Shown here: in pieces, positions 24,855 through 27,859 of the stretch
How positions within the stretch are numbered: position 1 is the first letter of the stretch
Layout: each line of letters begins with the position of its first letter
Virus record (IMG/VR): IMGVR_UViG_3300033433_000028
Location: 1 to 27,859 of that record
DNA from: a virus
Lineage: Duplodnaviria > Caudoviricetes
DNA: 27,859 bases
Reading direction: 5' to 3' (one strand)
Translations under genes and position numbers: made by a program
Notes under the pieces: generated by a model
The model's database searches: none
The model's input: the letters and a program-made list of their open reading frames with translations, nothing else
Told to the model about the DNA's origin: nothing

Positions 24855-26314
24855 AACATATACCACAAATAACATCCGATTTAACCACGACGGACACATA
24901 CGTTGAGTGGGAATTCGGCATTGCGGATACCTGGATCATCGATCTATACGTCCCAGGGGAATGGAACGGGAGCTCGTCAAAATTAGTAAAATTCTATTCG
25001 GACACGCCCGCATCCCAGACAACCATCGATTTATCGACTATCGGCAATGTTTCGGTTTCCTATATTGATTTCAAGGATATTGCCTTTGTGAATGGAACGG
25101 TTTATGCGGACTCTACATGCACCGGAATAAATCAAAATAATAGTGGAATTGTTTGGGGCGCGGTTACATCCACGGACGCCTCAACCATTTCCGAATCGCT
25201 CTCGGCGCAATTCGACGCAATTTCAAGTCTTGACGATACTTCAACACTATCGGAAAATCTGTCCGCACAGGGCGCAGGGGTTTTGAACGAATCCGATACA
25301 TCGTCTTTGTCCGAATCGCTCTCGGCGCAATTCGACGCAATTTCAAGTCTGGCGGATACCTCGACTATTTCCGAATCTCTCGCAGCCGTCTCCGGCGCAA
25401 TATCGAGCCAGGCCGATACAAGCGCTCTTTCCGAAATCCTGGCCGGGACCTTCGCAGCGATTTGCGATCAGTCAGATACGGCAAGCATTTCCGAATCCCT
25501 GGACGCATCCTTTGCGGCGCAATTGGCGACTCAATCCGATACATCGACTACGAGCGAAAATCTTTCCGCCGTCTTTGATGCGGTGTCGAGTCAGGCCGAT
25601 GTAGCGTCGGTTTCCGAAGCGTTGAACGGGACATTTTCAACGACCTGCAGCATGGGGGATACGGCGGTCATATCGGATTCAATGGATGCGCAATATTCCC
25701 AAGGCTACGCGACACTCTCCGACACCTTGACCGTTTACGAATCTCTGACCGCTCAATCCGATTCGTCGCCCTCCCAACTTAGCGAGATCTATTTGCAGCG
25801 GAAACTTTATGACTGGATCGGAACGATACTCAATCTATGGAGCGGCCAGAGCATCAGGGCAATCAACGAGATTGCCTTCGTTTGGCACATGCAGAATATG
25901 CCGCGCTATAAAATACCGCTTCTTATGGGGCGTATATCTGCGGTCCAGCGGATCGGGCGCGATGTACCGTTCATGCCTGACAATTCAGGGTCCCGTCGCG
26001 GCGCGGGGATCCGTGAGTTTATGCTCTATCTGCAATTCTTTGGCGCCGGCGCGATCGATGCCCTTGAAAAACTCGTGGATGCAACCGACATGCCGGAAAT
26101 GATCGCAAGCTTGCAGGCCAATGGTATAACGCCGGTTGAATGCCAGGATGTCCTGGACGCGCATGTTTTCCTTGATACAATGCCGGAAGAACGGGCGATG
26201 CTCGATATCCGGTTCCGCACGACTTCAGAGTGGTCGAGTACAATTGACGCTATCGAATCGGCGCAAATAACGGGCGAAATAAACGAATTGGACAATGTAA
26301 CAATTAACGCATAA
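24845..26314 (+). CDS. Putative tail terminator/completion protein with N-terminal domain and 20-aa repeat extension
   Basis: The C-terminal ~175 aa (LYDWI..., LQFFGAGA, EERAMLDIRF, IESAQITG) and the position directly before the sheath fit a neck terminator. The central part is Ser/Thr/Asp/Ala repeats. Confidence 0.65.
   Translation: MAIKHIPQITSDLTTTDTYVEWEFGIADTWIIDLYVPGEWNGSSSKLVKFYSDTPASQTTIDLSTIGNVSVSYIDFKDIAFVNGTVYADSTCTGINQNNSGIVWGAVTSTDASTISESLSAQFDAISSLDDTSTLSENLSAQGAGVLNESDTSSLSESLSAQFDAISSLADTSTISESLAAVSGAISSQADTSALSEILAGTFAAICDQSDTASISESLDASFAAQLATQSDTSTTSENLSAVFDAVSSQADVASVSEALNGTFSTTCSMGDTAVISDSMDAQYSQGYATLSDTLTVYESLTAQSDSSPSQLSEIYLQRKLYDWIGTILNLWSGQSIRAINEIAFVWHMQNMPRYKIPLLMGRISAVQRIGRDVPFMPDNSGSRRGAGIREFMLYLQFFGAGAIDALEKLVDATDMPEMIASLQANGITPVECQDVLDAHVFLDTMPEERAMLDIRFRTTSEWSSTIDAIESAQITGEINELDNVTINA
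25169..25774 (+). repeat. Ten tandem 60-63 bp coding repeats (consensus xxDTSTxSESLxAxFxAIxx)
   Basis: Visible in the translation; 41 bp are identical at 25190-25230 and 25310-25350. Confidence 0.9.
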
Positions 26315-26330
26315 CCTGGGGAGGTCAATC

Positions 26331-27419
26331 ATGGGACAATATGACAAGATGATAAATATCTCGATCACGGAGGCCGCGCAAGGCATTTCCTTCACCGGGT
26401 TCGGGACCGTTTTGATTTTGACGTATGACGCCACGTTTTCACCGCGTACAAAATCCTATTCCGCCGCCGATGCCACGCTCTCCGCCGATTTGACCGGCGG
26501 TGTCGCGTCGGGCGCGTATAAGATGGCCCAGGCGATCTTTTCTCAGTCCCCGGCGCCGACAAGCATTAAAATAGGCCGCGTGGGGGCATATGAGGCGCTG
26601 GACGATGCCATCGACGCCATACTTCTCGACGACGTCGACTGGTATATAGTTATCACGTCGGACCGTACCGCGGCTGACGTTGAAGATTTGGCCGCGAAAA
26701 TCGAGAGCCTGCAGAAGCTCATGATCTATGCGTCCGACGATTCAGGTATCCCGGCGACTCCGGACACAACGAGTCTGCCCGCGCTTTTTAAGGCCGCCGG
26801 CTACAACCGGACGGCGGGTATTTATAAGGCGGACGCGGCCACGGCCTTCGCCGACGCGGCGCTTGCCGGGTATCTCGGCGGACAGGACAAGCCCGGATCG
26901 TACACGGTTTGCTATAAAAAGCTCATCGGGCAGACTCCGGACGCGCTCACCAGTGGTGAGGAAGATATTATCCTGGGCGATACCGTAGACCCGACATCCG
27001 GAAAACATTGCAACACCTATCAGACCATCGGCGGGGCGGGGCGGCTTCGCTATGGAAAGGTTGCGTCCGGAAAATATATAGATTACATCATTTTCAAGGA
27101 CTGGCTGACGGCCCGTCTGCAGGAAGCCATCTTTTCGCTCTTTGCGAGCACGCCGAAGGTCCCCGGCGACATTAATGGCGCAACCATGATACAGAATGCA
27201 ATGGAGCCGGTTTTTAAGCTCGGGCAGGCAAACAACGCTATCACACAGTTTCACCAGGACGAAAACAAGAAACAGGACGGCGGATACTGGATCAGACTGC
27301 CGGAAATGTCCACGCGGTCGTCGGCGGACAAGCTCGCGCGCCATCTTTCGGGGATCACGTTCGGCTGCTGGTATACGGACGGTATCCATACAGTCGAGAT
27401 CGACGGCATTATTTTGTAG
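26331..27419 (+). CDS. Tail sheath protein (DUF3383-like)
   Basis: YKMAQAIFSQSPAP..IKIGR, PGSYT..YKKL.G and GKVASGKYIDYI..KDWL motifs; GGAGG RBS. Confidence 0.9.
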   Translation: MGQYDKMINISITEAAQGISFTGFGTVLILTYDATFSPRTKSYSAADATLSADLTGGVASGAYKMAQAIFSQSPAPTSIKIGRVGAYEALDDAIDAILLDDVDWYIVITSDRTAADVEDLAAKIESLQKLMIYASDDSGIPATPDTTSLPALFKAAGYNRTAGIYKADAATAFADAALAGYLGGQDKPGSYTVCYKKLIGQTPDALTSGEEDIILGDTVDPTSGKHCNTYQTIGGAGRLRYGKVASGKYIDYIIFKDWLTARLQEAIFSLFASTPKVPGDINGATMIQNAMEPVFKLGQANNAITQFHQDENKKQDGGYWIRLPEMSTRSSADKLARHLSGITFGCWYTDGIHTVEIDGIIL

Positions 27420-27435
27420 TGTTTCACGTGGAGCA
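27420..27435. other. parS-like palindrome
   Basis: TGTTTCACGTGGAGCA, one mismatch from the TGTTTCACGTGGAACA chromosomal parS variant; intergenic. Confidence 0.55.
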
Positions 27436-27495
27436 TTGTTAAGAAGATACCTTAAAGTTTTCATATAGTAAATTGATAAAAAAGGAGATACACAA

Positions 27496-27859
27496 ATGGG
27501 CGCAACAAAGACTTTTGATCCGAAGCGCTGGGCGTTGATTGTAGCCGGTGTCCCGGTCGTGGGACTGGCGTCCGACAGCATGATCACCGTCAAGCGGTCC
27601 GAGGACAGCTACACGAAATATGTGGGAGTGCTTGGCGAGGTCACCAGGTCCCGGCAGCACAACAAAACCGGCGAGTTCACGTTCAAACTCATGCAATCGT
27701 CCCCCCTCAACGATGTTTTTTCCGGCCTGAGAATTCTCGACGATATGTCGAACGCCGGCGTCGTGCCCATCGTGCTCAAGGATTTCAATGGGGCGACGGT
27801 CCTCACCTGCGGCGAAGCGTGGATTCGGAAGAACCCTGACTACGAGCTCGGAAAGGACA
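27496..27859 (+). CDS. Tail tube protein (DUF3277-like), truncated by the window end
   Basis: AAGGAG RBS; MGATKTFDPK...VG..GEVTRS...TGEFTFKLMQSSPLND...AWIRK.PD; follows the sheath. Confidence 0.88.
   Translation, partial: MGATKTFDPKRWALIVAGVPVVGLASDSMITVKRSEDSYTKYVGVLGEVTRSRQHNKTGEFTFKLMQSSPLNDVFSGLRILDDMSNAGVVPIVLKDFNGATVLTCGEAWIRKNPDYELGKD

Noticed and set aside
25169-25774. Diversity-generating retroelement template/variable repeat pair
   Set aside because: The repeats are in-frame tandem protein repeats without adenine-specific differences, and no reverse transcriptase is present.

Overview
A 27.9-kb slice of a tailed (contractile-tail, myovirus-like) phage or prophage, with every credible gene on the + strand. 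From 1.2 to 7.3 kb are early/middle accessory genes: a RecU-like resolvase, an HNH protein, a ParB-family protein, a DUF5131-type radical SAM, an ASCH protein and a tandem-HTH protein. From 7.4 kb to the end is the packaging and morphogenesis operon: TerS, PBSX-type TerL, DUF1073-type portal, gpF/gp7-like minor head protein, DUF2213-type protease/scaffold, cement protein, DUF2184-type capsid, DUF4054-type connector, neck proteins, DUF3383-type sheath and a partial tube. The most striking non-standard feature is in the first 1.14 kb. Two tandem one-gene cassettes (22-556 and 557-1140) each start at G|TT and end in an AAC...G branched palindrome. Each gene is bracketed by three nested inverted-repeat arms whose sequences differ between the copies while the pairing is kept, plus shared primary motifs. 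The array ends at G|AT. This resembles an integron-type cassette array with unusually extended recombination sites, and no integrase is present in the window. Other notable items are a glycosyltransferase/radical SAM/methyltransferase block inside the head module (candidate virion glycosylation), signal-peptide-bearing genes and a repeat-extended tail terminator in the neck module, terminators placed immediately before both late gene blocks, and a parS-like site. All family names come from motif recognition and gene order by eye, not from database searches.
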